64,000 bases of DNA from NCBI GenBank assembly GCA_964016885.1, contig OZ024744.1:119288001-119352000 (forward strand), in the 5' to 3' direction. The notes under the pieces are model-generated. The model worked only from the letters and a program-made list of their open reading frames with translations, had not been told where the DNA came from and did no database searches. Origin of the DNA: Eledone cirrhosa. Its lineage: Eukaryota. The first letter of the stretch is position 1. Each line of letters opens with the position of its first letter. A program made the position numbers and the translations under genes. Of the stretch, positions 11,801 to 23,800 are shown in pieces.

Positions 11801-14800
11801 TCAGTTACTAGTGGTCAGTTGTCAGTTACTAGTGGTCAGTTGTCAGTTACTAGTGGTCAGTTGTCAGTTACTAGTGGTCAGTTGTCAGTTACTAGTGGTC
11901 AGTTGTCAGTTACTAGTGGTCAACTGTCAGTTACTAGTGGTTAGTTGTCAGTTACTAGTGGTCAACTGTCAGTTACTAGTGGTCAGTTGTCAGTTACTAG
12001 TGGTCAACTGTCAGTTACTAGTGGTCAGTTGTCAATTACTAGTGGTCAGTTGTCAGTTACTAGTGGTCAGTTGTCAGTTACTAGTGGTCAGTTGTCAGTT
12101 ACTAGTGGTCAGTTGTCAGTTACTAGTGGTCAGTTGTCAGTTTCTAGTGGTCAGTTACTAGCAGTCAGTTGTCAGTTACTAGCAGTCAGTTGTCAGTTAC
12201 TAGTGGTCAGTTGTCAGTTACTAGGGGTCAGGTGTCAGTTACTAGTGATGAGTTGTCAGTTACTACGGGTCAGTTGTCAGTTACTAATGGTCAACTGTCA
12301 GTTACTAGTGGTCAGTTGTCAGTTACTAGTGGTCAGTTGTCAGTTAGTAGTGGTCAGCTGTCAGTTACTAGTGGTCAGTTGTCAGTTACTAGTGGTCAGT
12401 TGTCAGTTACTAGTGGTCAGTTGTCAGTTACTAGGGGTCAGTTGTCAGTTACTAGTGGTCAACTGTCAGTTACTAGTGGTCAGTTGTCAGTTACTAGTGG
12501 TCAGCTGTCAGTTACTAGTGGTCAGTTGTCAGTTACTAGTGGTCAGCTGTCAGTTACTAGTGGTCAACTGTCAGTTACTAGTGGTCAGTTGTCAGTTACT
12601 AGTGGTCAGTTGTCAGTTACTAGTGGTCAGCTGTCAGTTACTAGTGGTCAGTTGTCAGTTACAAGTGGTCAGTTGTCAGATACTAGTGGTCAGCTGTCAG
12701 TTACTAGTGGTCAACTGTCAGTTACTAGTGGTTAGTTGTCAGTTACTAGTGGTCAACTGTCAGTTACTAGTGGTCAGTTGTCAGTTACTAGTGCTCAGTT
12801 GTCAGTTAGTAGTGGTCAGTTGTCAGTTACTAGTGGTCAGTTGTCAGTTACTAGTGGTCAGTTGTCAGTTACTAGTGTTCAACTGTCAGTTACTAGTGGT
12901 CAGTTGTCAGTTACTAGTGGTCAGTTGTCAGTTACAAGGGGTCAGTTGTCAGTTACTAGTGGTCAGTTGTCAGTTACTAGTGGTCAGTTGTCAGTTACTA
13001 GTGTTCAACTGTCAGTTACTAGTGGTCAGTTTTCAGTTACTAGTGGTCAACTGTCAGTTACTAGTGGTCAGTTGTCAGTTACTAGTGGTCAACTGTCAGT
13101 TACTAGTGGTTAGTTGTCAGTTACTAGTGGTCAACTGTCAGTTACTAGGGGTCAGTTGTGAGTTACTAGTGGTAAGTTGTCAGTTACTAGTGGTCAGTTG
13201 TGAATTACTAGTGGTCAGTTGTCAGTTACTAGTGGTCAGTTACTAGCAGTCAGTTGTCAGTTACTAGCAGTCAGTTGTCAGTTACTAGTGGTCAGTTGTC
13301 AGTTACTAGGGGTCAGGTGTCAGTTACTAGTGATGAGTTGTCAGTTACTAGGGTCAGTTGTCAGTTACTAGTGGTCAACTGTTAGTTACTAGTGGTCAGT
13401 TGTCAGTTACTAGTGGTCAGCTGTTAGTTACTAGTGGTCAGTTGTCAGTTACTAGTGCTCAGCTGTCAGTTACTAGTGGTCAGTTGTCAGTTACTAGTGG
13501 TCAGCTGTCAGTTACTAGTGGTCAGTTGTCAGTTACTAGTGGTCAACTGTCAGTTACTAGTGGTCAGTTGTCAGTTACTAGTGGTCAACTGTCAGTTACT
13601 AGTGGTCAGTTGTCAGTTACTTGTGGTCAACTGCCAGTTACTAGTGGTCAGCTGTCAGTTACTAGTGGTCAACTGTCAGTTACTAGTGGTCAGCTGTCAG
13701 TTACTAGTGGTCAGTTGTCAGTTACTAGTGGTCAACTGTCAGTTACTAGTGGTCAGTTGTCAGTTACTAGTGGTCAACTGTCAGTTACTAGTGGTCAGTT
13801 GTCAGTTACTAGTGGTCAGCTGTCAGTTACTAGTGGTCAGTTGTCAGTTACTAGTGGTCAGCTGTCAGTTACTAGTGGTCAGTTGTCAGTTACTAGTGGT
13901 CAACTGTCAGTTACTAGTGGTCAGTTGTCAGTTACTAGTGGTCAACTGTCAGTTACTAGTGTTCAACTGTCAGTTACTAGTGGTCAACTGTCAGTTACTA
14001 GTGGTCAGTTGTCAGTTACTAGTGCTCAGTTGTCAGTTAGTAGTGGTCAGTTGTCAGTTACTAGTGGTCAGTTGTCAGTTACTAGTGGTCAGTTGTCAGT
14101 TACTAGTGGTCAGTTGTCAGTTACTAGTGGTCAACTGTCAGTTACTAGGGGTCAGTTGTCAGTTACTAGTGGTCAGTTGTCAGTTACTAGTGGTCAGTTG
14201 TCAGTTACTAGTGGTCAGTTGTCAGTTACTAGTGGTCAGTTGTCAGTTACTAGTGGTCAGTTGTCAGTTACTAGTGGTCAACTGTCAGTTACTAGGGGTC
14301 AGTTGTCAGTTACTAGTGGTGAGTTGTCAGTTACTAGTTGTCAACTGTCAGTTACTAGTGGTCAGTTGTCAGTTACTAGTGGTCAGTTGTCAGTTACTAG
14401 TGGTCAGTTGTCAGTTACTAGTGGTCAGTTGTCAGTTACTAGTGGTCAACTGTCAGTTACTAGTGGTCAGTTGTCAGTTACTAGTGGTCAGTTGTCAGTT
14501 ACTAGGGGTCAGTTGTCAGTTACTAGGGGTCAGTTGTCAGTTACTAGTGGTCAGTTGTCAGTTACTAGTGTTCAACTGTCAGTTACTAGTGGTTAGTTGT
14601 CAGTTACTAGTGGTCAACTGTCAGTTACTAGTGGTCAGTTGTCATTTACTAGTGGTCAACTGTCAGTTACTAGTGGTCAGTTGTCAGTTACTAGTGGTCA
14701 ACTGTCAGTTACTAGTGGTTATTTGTCAGTTACTAGTGGTCAGTTGTCAGTTACTAGTGGTCAGTTGTCAGTTACTAGTGGTCAGTTGTCAGTTACTAGT

Positions 14801-17800
14801 GTTCAACTGTCAGTTACTAGTGGTCAGTTGTCAGTTACTAGTGGTCAGTTGTCAGTTTCTAGTGGTCAGTTACTAGCAGTCAGTTGTCAGTTACTAGCAG
14901 TCAGTTGTCAGTTACTAGTGGTCAGTTGTCCGTTACTAGGGGTCAGGTGTCAGTTACTAGGGGTCAGGTGTCAGTTACTACGGGTCAGTTGTCAGTTACT
15001 AGTGGTCAACTGTCAGTTACTAGTGGTCAGTTTATCAGTTACTAGTGGTCAGTTGTCAGTTACTAGTGGTCAGCTGTCAGTTACTAGTGGTCAGTTGTCA
15101 GTTACTAGTGGTTAGTTGTAAGTTACTAGTGGTCAGTTGTCTGTTACTAGTGGTCAACTGTTAGTTACTAGTGGTCAGTTGTCAGTTTGTAGTGGTCAGC
15201 TGTCAGTTACTAGTGGTCAGTTGTCAGTTACTAGTGGTCAGTTGTAAGTTACTAGTGGTCAGTTGTCTGTTACTAGTGGTCAACTGTCAGTTACTAGTGG
15301 TCAGTTGTCAGTTTGTAGTGGTCAGCTGTCAGTTACTAGTGGTCAGCTGTCAGTTACTAGTGGTCAACTGTCAGTTACTAGTGGTTAGTTGTCAGTTACT
15401 AGTGGTCAGCTGTCAGTTACTAGTGGTCAGTTGTCAGTTACTAGTGGTCAACTGTCAGTTACTAGTGGTCAGTTGTCAGTTACTAGTGGTCAACTGTCAG
15501 TTACTAGTGGTCAGTTGTCAGTTACTAGTGGTCAGCTGTCAGTTACTAGTGGTCAGTTGTCAGTTACTAGTGGTCAGCTGTCAGTTACTAGTGGTCAGTT
15601 GTCAGTTACTAGTGGTCAACTGTCAGTTACTAGTGGTCAGTTGTCAGTTACTAGTGGTCAACTGTCAGTTACTAGTGTTCAACTGTCAGTTACTAGTGGT
15701 CAACTGTCAGTTACTAGTGGTCAGTTGTCAGTTACTAGTGCTCAGTTGTCAGTTAGTAGTGGTCAGTTGTCAGTTACTAGTGGTCAGTTGTCAGTTACTA
15801 GTGGTCAGTTGTCAGTTACTAGTGGTCAGTTGTCAGTTACTAGTGGTCAACTGTCAGTTACTAGGGGTCAGTTGTCAGTTACTAGTGGTCAGTTGTCAGT
15901 TACTAGTGGTCAGTTGTCAGTTACTAGTGGTCAGTTGTCAGTTACTAGTGGTCAGTTGTCAGTTACTAGTGGTCAGTTGTCAGTTACTAGTGGTCAGTTG
16001 CCAGTTACTAGTGGTTAGTTGTCAGTTACTAGTGGTCAACTGTCAGTTACTAGTGGTCAGTTGTCAGTTAATAGTAGTCAGTTGTGAGTTCTAGTGGTCA
16101 GTTGTCAGTTACTAGTGGTCAGCTGTCAGTTACTAGTGGTCAGTTGTCAGTTACTAGTGGTCAGTTGTCAGTTACTAGGGGTCAGTTGTCAGTTACTAGT
16201 TGTCAACTGTCAGTTACTAGTGGTCAGTTGTCAGTTACTAGTGGTCAGCTGTCAGTTACTAGTGGTCAGTTGTCAGTTACTAGTGGTCAGTTGTCAGTTA
16301 CTAGTGGTCAACTGTCAGTTACTAGTGGTCAGTTGTCAGTTACTAGTGGTCAGTTGTCAGTTACTAGTGGTCATCTGTCAGTTACTAGTGGTCAGTTGTC
16401 AGTTACTAGTGGTCAGTTGTCAGTTACTAGTGGTCAGCTGTCAGTTACTAGTGGTCAACTGTCAGTTACTAGTGGTTAGTTGTCAGTTACTAGTAGTCAA
16501 CTGTCAGTTACTAGTGGTCAGTTGTCAGTTACTAGTGCTCAGTTGTTAGTTAGTAGTGGTCAGTTGTCAGTTACTAGTGGTCAGTTGTCAGTTACTAGTG
16601 GTCAGTTGTCAGTTACTAGTGTTCAACTGTCAGTTACTAGTGGTCAGTTGTCAGTTACTAGTGGTCAGTTGTCAGTTACTAGTGGTCAGTTGTCAGTTAC
16701 AAGGGGTCAGTTGTCAGTTACTAGTGGTCAGTTGTCAGTTACTAGTGGTCAGTTGTCAGTTACTAGTGTTCAACTGTCAGTTACTAGTGGTCAGTTGTCA
16801 GTTACTAGTGGTCAACTGTCAGTTACTAGTGGTCAGTTGTCAGTTACTAGTGGTCAACTGTCAGTTACTAGTGGTTAGTTGTCAGTTACTAGTGGTCAAC
16901 TGTCAGTTACTAGTGGTCAGTTGTGAGTTACTAGTGGTAAGTTGTCAGTTACTAGTGGTCAGTTGTGAGTTACTAGTGGTAAGTTGTCAGTTACTAGTGG
17001 TCAGTTGTGAATTACTAGTGGTCAGTTGTCAGTTACTAGTGGTCAGTTACTAGCAGTCAGTTGTCAGTTACTAGCAGTCAGTTGTCAGTTACTAGTGGTC
17101 AGTTGTCAGTTACTAGGGGTCAGGTGTCAGTTACTAGTGATGAGTTGTCAGTTACTAGGGGTCAGTTGTCAGTTACTAGTGGTCAACTGTTAGTTACTAG
17201 TGGTCAGTTGTCAGTTACTAGTGGTCAGCTGTTAGTTACTAGTGGTCAGTTGTCAGTTACTAGTGGTCAGCTGTCAGTTACTAGTGGTCAGCTGTCAGTT
17301 ACTAGTGCTCAGCTGTCAGTTACTAGTGGTCAGTTGTCAGTTACTAGTGGTCAGCTGTCAGTTACTAGTGGTCAGTTGTCAGTTACTAGTGGTCAACTGT
17401 CAGTTACTAGTGGTCAGTTGTCAGTTACTAGTGGTCAACTGTCAGTTACTAGTGGTCAGTTGTCAGTTACTAGTGGTCAACTGTCAGTTACTAGTGGTCA
17501 GCTGCCAGTTACTAGTGGTCAGTTGTCAGTTACTAGTGGTCAACTGTCAGTTACTAGTGGTCAGTTGTCAGTTACTAGTGGTCAACTGTCAGTTACTAGT
17601 GGTCAGTTGTCAGTTACTAGTGGTCAGCTGTCAGTTACTAGTGGTCAGTTGTCAGTTACTAGTGGTCAGCTGTCAGTTACTAGTGGTCAGTTGTCAGTTA
17701 CTAATGGTCAACTGTCAGTTACTAGTGGTCAGTTGTCAGTTACTAGTGGTCAACTGTCAGTTACTAGTGTTCAACTGTCAGTTACTAATGGTCAACTATC

Positions 17801-20800
17801 AGTTACTAGTGGTCAGTTGTCAGTTACTAGTGCTCAGTTGTCAGTTAGTAGTGGTCAGTTGTCAGTTACTAGTGGTCAGTTGTCAGTTACTAGTGGTCAG
17901 TTGTCAGTTACTAGTGGTCAGTTGTCAGTTACTAGTGGTCAACTGTCAGTTACTAGGGGTCAGTTGTCAGTTACTAGTGGTCAGTTGTCAGTTACTAGTT
18001 GTCAACTGTCAGTTACTAGTGGTCAGTTGTCAGTTACTAGTGGTCAGTTGTCAGTTACTAGTGGTCAGTTGTCAGTTACTAGTGGTCAGTTGTCAGTTAC
18101 TAGTGGTCAACTGTCAGTTACTAGGGGTCAGTTGTCAGTTACTAGTGGTCAGTTGTCAGTTACTAGTTGTCAACTGTCAGTTACTAGTGGTCAGTTGTCA
18201 GTTACTAGTGGTCAGTTGTCAGTTACTAGTGGTCAGTTGTCAGTTATTAGTGGTCAGTTGTCAGTTACTAGTGGTCAACTGTCAGTTACTAGTGGTCAGT
18301 TGTCAGTTACTAGTGGTCAGTTGTCAGTTACTAGTGGTCAGTTGTCAGTTACTAGGGGTCAGTTGTCAGTTACTAGTGGTCAGTTGTCAGTTACTAGTGT
18401 TCAACTGTCAGTTACTAGTGGTTAGTTGTCAGTTACTAGTGGTCAACTGTCAGTTACTAGTGGTCAGTTGTCAGTTACTAGTGGTCAACTGTCAGTTACT
18501 AGTGGTCAGTTGTCAATTACTAGTGGTCAGTTGTCAGTTACTAGTGGTCAGTTGTCAGTTACTAGTGGTCAGTTGTCAGTTACTAGTGGTCAGTTGTCAG
18601 TTACTAGTGGTCAGTTGTCAGTTTCTAGTGGTCAGTTACTAGCAGTCAGTTGTCAGTTACTAGCAGTCAGTTGTCAGTTACTAGTGGTCAGTTGTCAGTT
18701 ACTAGTGGTCAACTGTCAGTTACTAGGGGTCAGTTGTCAGTTACTAGTGGTCAGTTGTCAGTTACTAGTGGTCAGTTGTCAGTTACTAGTGGTCAGTTGT
18801 CAGTTACTAGTGGTCAGTTGTCAGTTACTAGTGGTCAGTTGTCAGTTACTAGTGGTCAACTGTCAGTTACTAGTGGTTAGTTGTCAGTTACTAGTGTTCA
18901 ACTGTCAGTTACTAGTGGTCAGTTGTCAGTTACTAGTGGTCAGTTGTCAGTTACTAGTGGTCAGTTGTCAGTTACAAGGGGTCAGTTGTCAGTTACTAGT
19001 GGTCAGTTGTCAGTTACTAGTGGTCAGTTGTCAGTTACTAGTGTTCAACTGTCAGTTACTAGTGGTCAGTTGTCAGTTACTAGTGGTCAACTGTCAGTTA
19101 CTAGTGGTCAGTTGTCAGTTACTAGTGGTCAACTGTCAGTTACTAGTGGTTAGTTGTCAGTTACTAGTGGTCAACTGTCAGTTACTAGTGGTCAGTTGTG
19201 AGTTACTAGTGGTAAGTTCTCAGTTACTAGTGGTCAGTTGTGAGTTACTAGTGGTAAGTTGTCAGTTACTAGTGGTCAGTTGTGAATTACTAGTGGTCAG
19301 TTGTCAGTTACTAGTGGTCAGTTACTAGCAGTCAGTTGTCAGTTACTAGCAGTCAGTTGTCAGTTACTAGTGGTCAGTTGTCAGTTACTAGGAGTCAGGT
19401 GTCAGTTACTAGTGATGAGTTGTCAGTTACTAGGGGTCAGTTGTCAGTTACTAGTGGTCAACTGTTAGTTACTAGTGGTCAGTTGTCAGTTACTAGTGGT
19501 CAGCTGTTAGTTACTAGTGGTCAGTTGTCAGTTACTAGTGGTCAGCTGTCAGTTACTAGTGGTCAGCTGTCAGTTACTAGTGCTCAGCTGTCAGTTACTA
19601 GTGGTCAGTTGTCAGTTACTAGTGGTCAGCTGTCAGTTACTAGTGGTCAGTTGTCAGTTACTAGTGGTCAACTGTCAGTTACTAGTGGTCAGTTGTCAGT
19701 TACTAGTGGTCAACTGTCAGTTACTAGTGGTCAGTTGTCAGTTACTAGTGGTCAACTGTCAGTTACTAGTGGTCAGCTGCCAGTTACTAGTGGTCAGTTG
19801 TCAATTACTAGTGGTCAACTGTCAGTTACTAGTGGTCAGTTGTCAGTTACTAGTGGTCAACTGTCAGTTACTAGTGGTCAGTTGTCAGTTACTAGTGGTG
19901 AGCTGTCAGTTACTAGTGGTCAGTTGTCAGTTACTAGTGGTCAGCTGTCAGTTACTAGTGGTCAGTTGTCAGTTACTAATGGTCAACTGTCAGTTACTAG
20001 TGGTCAGTTGTCAGTTACTAGTGGTCAACTGTCAGTTACTAGTGTTCAACTGTCAGTTACTAATGGTCAACTATCAGTTACTAGTGGTCAGTTGTCAGTT
20101 ACTAGTGCTCAGTTGTCAGTTAGTAGTGGTCAGTTGTCAGTTACTAGTGGTCAGTTGTCAGTTACTAGTGGTCAGTTGTCAGTTACTAGTGGTCAGTTGT
20201 CAGTTACTAGTGGTCAACTGTCAGTTACTAGGGGTCAGTTGTCAGTTACTAGTGGTCAGTTGTCAGTTACTAGTTGTCAACTGTCAGTTACTAGTGGTCA
20301 GTTGTCAGTTACTAGTGGTCAGTTGTCAGTTACTAGTGGTCAGTTGTCAGTTACTAGTGGTCAGTTGTCAGTTACTAGTGGTCAACTGTCAGTTACTAGG
20401 GGTCAGTTGTCAGTTACTAGTGGTCAGTTGTCAGTTACTAGTTGTCAACTGTCAGTTACTAGTGGTCAGTTGTCAGTTACTAGTGGTCAGTTGTCAGTTA
20501 CTAGTGGTCAGTTGTCAGTTATTAGTGGTCAGTTGTCAGTTACTAGTGGTCAACTGTCAGTTACTAGTGGTCAGTTGTCAGTTACTAGTGGTCAGTTGTC
20601 AGTTACTAGTGGTCAGTTGTCAGTTACTAGGGGTCAGTTGTCAGTTACTAGTGGTCAGTTGTCAGTTACTAGTGTTCAACTGTCAGTTACTAGTGGTTAG
20701 TTGTCAGTTACTAGTGGTCAACTGTCAGTTACTAGTGGTCAGTTGTCAGTTACTAGTGGTCAACTGTCAGTTACTAGTGGTCAGTTGTCAATTACTAGTG

Positions 20801-23800
20801 GTCAGTTGTCAGTTACTAGTGGTCAGTTGTCAGTTACTAGTGGTCAGTTGTCAGTTACTAGTGGTCAGTTGTCAGTTACTAGTGGTCAGTTGTCAGTTTC
20901 TAGTGGTCAGTTACTAGCAGTCAGTTGTCAGTTACTAGCAGTCAGTTGTCAGTTACTAGTGGTCAGTTGTCAGTTACTAGGGGTCAGGTGTCAGTTACTA
21001 GTGATGAGTTGTCAGTTACTACGGGTCAGTTGTCAGTTACTAGTGGTCAACTGTCAGTTACTAGTGGTCAGTTGTCAGTTACTAGTGGTCAGTTGTCAGT
21101 TAGTAGTGGTCAGCTGTCAGTTACTAGTGGTCAGTTGTCAGTTACTAGTGGTCAGTTGTCAGTTACTAGTGGTCAGTTTTCAGTTACTAGGGGTCAGTTG
21201 TCAGTTACTAGTGGTCAACTGTCAGTTACTAGTGGTCAGTTGTCAGTTACTAGTGGTCAGCTGTCAGTTACTAGTGGTCAGTTGTCAGTTACTAGTGGTC
21301 AGCTGTCAGTTACTAGTGGTCAACTGTCAGTTACTAGTGGTCAGTTGTCAGTTACTAGTGGTCAGTTGTCAGTTACTAGTGGTCAGCTGTCAGTTACTAG
21401 TGGTCAGTTGTCAGTTACTAGTGGTCAGTTGTCAGTTACTAGTGGTCAGCTGTCAGTTACTAGTGGTCAACTGTCAGTTACTAGTGGTTAGTTGTCAGTT
21501 ACTAGTGGTCAACTGTCAGTTACTAGTGGTCAGTTGTCAGTTACTAGTGCTCAGTTGTCAGTTAGTAGTGGTCAGTTGTCAGTTACTAGTGGTCAGTTGT
21601 CAGTTACTAGTGGTCAGTTGTCAGTTACTAGTGTTCAACTGTCAGTTACTAGTGGTCAGTTGTCAGTTACTAGTGGTCAGTTGTCAGTTACAAGGGGTCA
21701 GTTGTCAGTTACTAGTGGTCAGTTGTCAGTTACTAGTGGTCAGTTGTCAGTTACTAGTGTTCAACTGTCAGTTACTAGTGGTCAGTTTTCAGTTACTAGT
21801 GGTCAACTGTCAGTTACTAGTGGTCAGTTGTCAGTTACTAGTGGTCAACTGTCAGTTACTAGTGGTTAGTTGTCAGTTACTAGTGGTCAACTGTCAGTTA
21901 CTAGGGGTCAGTTGTGAGTTACTAGTGGTAAGTTGTCAGTTACTAGTGGTCAGTTGTGAATTACTAGTGGTCAGTTGTCAGTTACTAGTGGTCAGTTACT
22001 AGCAGTCAGTTGTCAGTTACTAGCAGTCAGTTGTCAGTTACTAGTGGTCAGTTGTCAGTTACTAGGGGTCAGGTGTCAGTTACTAGTGATGAGTTGTCAG
22101 TTACTAGGGGTCAGTTGTCAGTTACTAGTGGTCAACTGTTAGTTACTAGTGGTCAGTTGTCAGTTACTAGTGGTCAGCTGTTAGTTACTAGTGGTCAGTT
22201 GTCAGTTACTAGTGCTCAGCTGTCAGTTACTAGTGGTCAGTTGTCAGTTACTAGTGGTCAGCTGTCAGTTACTAGTGGTCAGTTGTCAGTTACTAGTGGT
22301 CAACTGTCAGTTACTAGTGGTCAGTTGTCAGTTACTAGTGGTCAACTGTCAGTTACTAGTGGTCAGTTGTCAGTTACTTGTGGTCAACTGCCAGTTACTA
22401 GTGGTCAGCTGTCAGTTACTAGTGGTCAACTGTCAGTTACTAGTGGTCAGCTGTCAGTTACTAGTGGTCAGTTGTCAGTTACTAGTGGTCAACTGTCAGT
22501 TACTAGTGGTCAGTTGTCAGTTACTAGTGGTCAACTGTCAGTTACTAGTGGTCAGTTGTCAGTTACTAGTGGTCAGCTGTCAGTTACTAGTGGTCAGTTG
22601 TCAGTTACTAGTGGTCAGCTGTCAGTTACTAGTGGTCAGTTGTCAGTTACTAGTGGTCAACTGTCAGTTACTAGTGGTCAGTTGTCAGTTACTAGTGGTC
22701 AACTGTCAGTTACTAGTGTTCAACTGTCAGTTACTAGTGGTCAACTGTCAGTTACTAGTGGTCAGTTGTCAGTTACTAGTGCTCAGTTGTCAGTTAGTAG
22801 TGGTCAGTTGTCAGTTACTAGTGGTCAGTTGTCAGTTACTAGTGGTCAGTTGTCAGTTACTAGTGGTCAGTTGTCAGTTACTAGTGGTCAACTGTCAGTT
22901 ACTAGGGGTCAGTTGTCAGTTACTAGTGGTCAGTTGTCAGTTACTAGTGGTCAGTTGTCAGTTACTAGTGGTCAGTTGTCAGTTACTAGTGGTCAGTTGT
23001 CAGTTACTAGTGGTCAGTTGTCAGTTACTAGTGGTCAACTGTCAGTTACTAGTGGTTAGTTGTCAGTTACTAGTGGTCAACTGTCAGTTACTAGTGGTCA
23101 GTTGTCAGTTACTAGTGGTCAACTGTCAGTTACTAGTGGTCAGTTGTCAATTACTAGTGGTCAGTTGTCAGTTACTAGTGGTCAGTTGTCAGTTACTAGT
23201 GGTCAGTTGTCAGTTACTAGTGGTCAGTTGTCAGTTACTAGTGGTCAGTTGTCAGTTTCTAGTGGTCAGTTACTAGCAGTCAGTTGTCAGTTACTAGCAG
23301 TCAGTTGTCAGTTACTAGTGGTCAGTTGTCAGTTACTAGGGGTCAGGTGTCAGTTACTAGTGATGAGTTGTCAGTTACTACGGGTCAGTTGTCAGTTACT
23401 AGTGGTCAACTGTCAGTTACTAGTGGTCAGTTGTCAGTTACTAGTGGTCAGTTGTCAGTTAGTAGTGGTCAGCTGTCAGTTACTAGTGGTCAGTTGTCAG
23501 TTACTAGTGGTCAGTTGTCAGTTACTAGTGGTCAGTTGTCAGTTACTAGGGGTCAGTTGTCAGTTACTAGTGGTCAACTGTCAGTTACTAGTGGTCAGTT
23601 GTCAGTTACTAGTGGTCAGCTGTCAGTTACTAGTGGTCAGTTGTCAGTTACTAGTGGTCAGCTGTCAGTTACTAGTGGTCAACTGTCAGTTACTAGTGGT
23701 CAGTTGTCAGTTACTAGTGGTCAGTTGTCAGTTACTAGTGGTCAGCTGTCAGTTACTAGTGGTCAGTTGTCAGTTACTAGTGGTCAGTTGTCAGTTACTA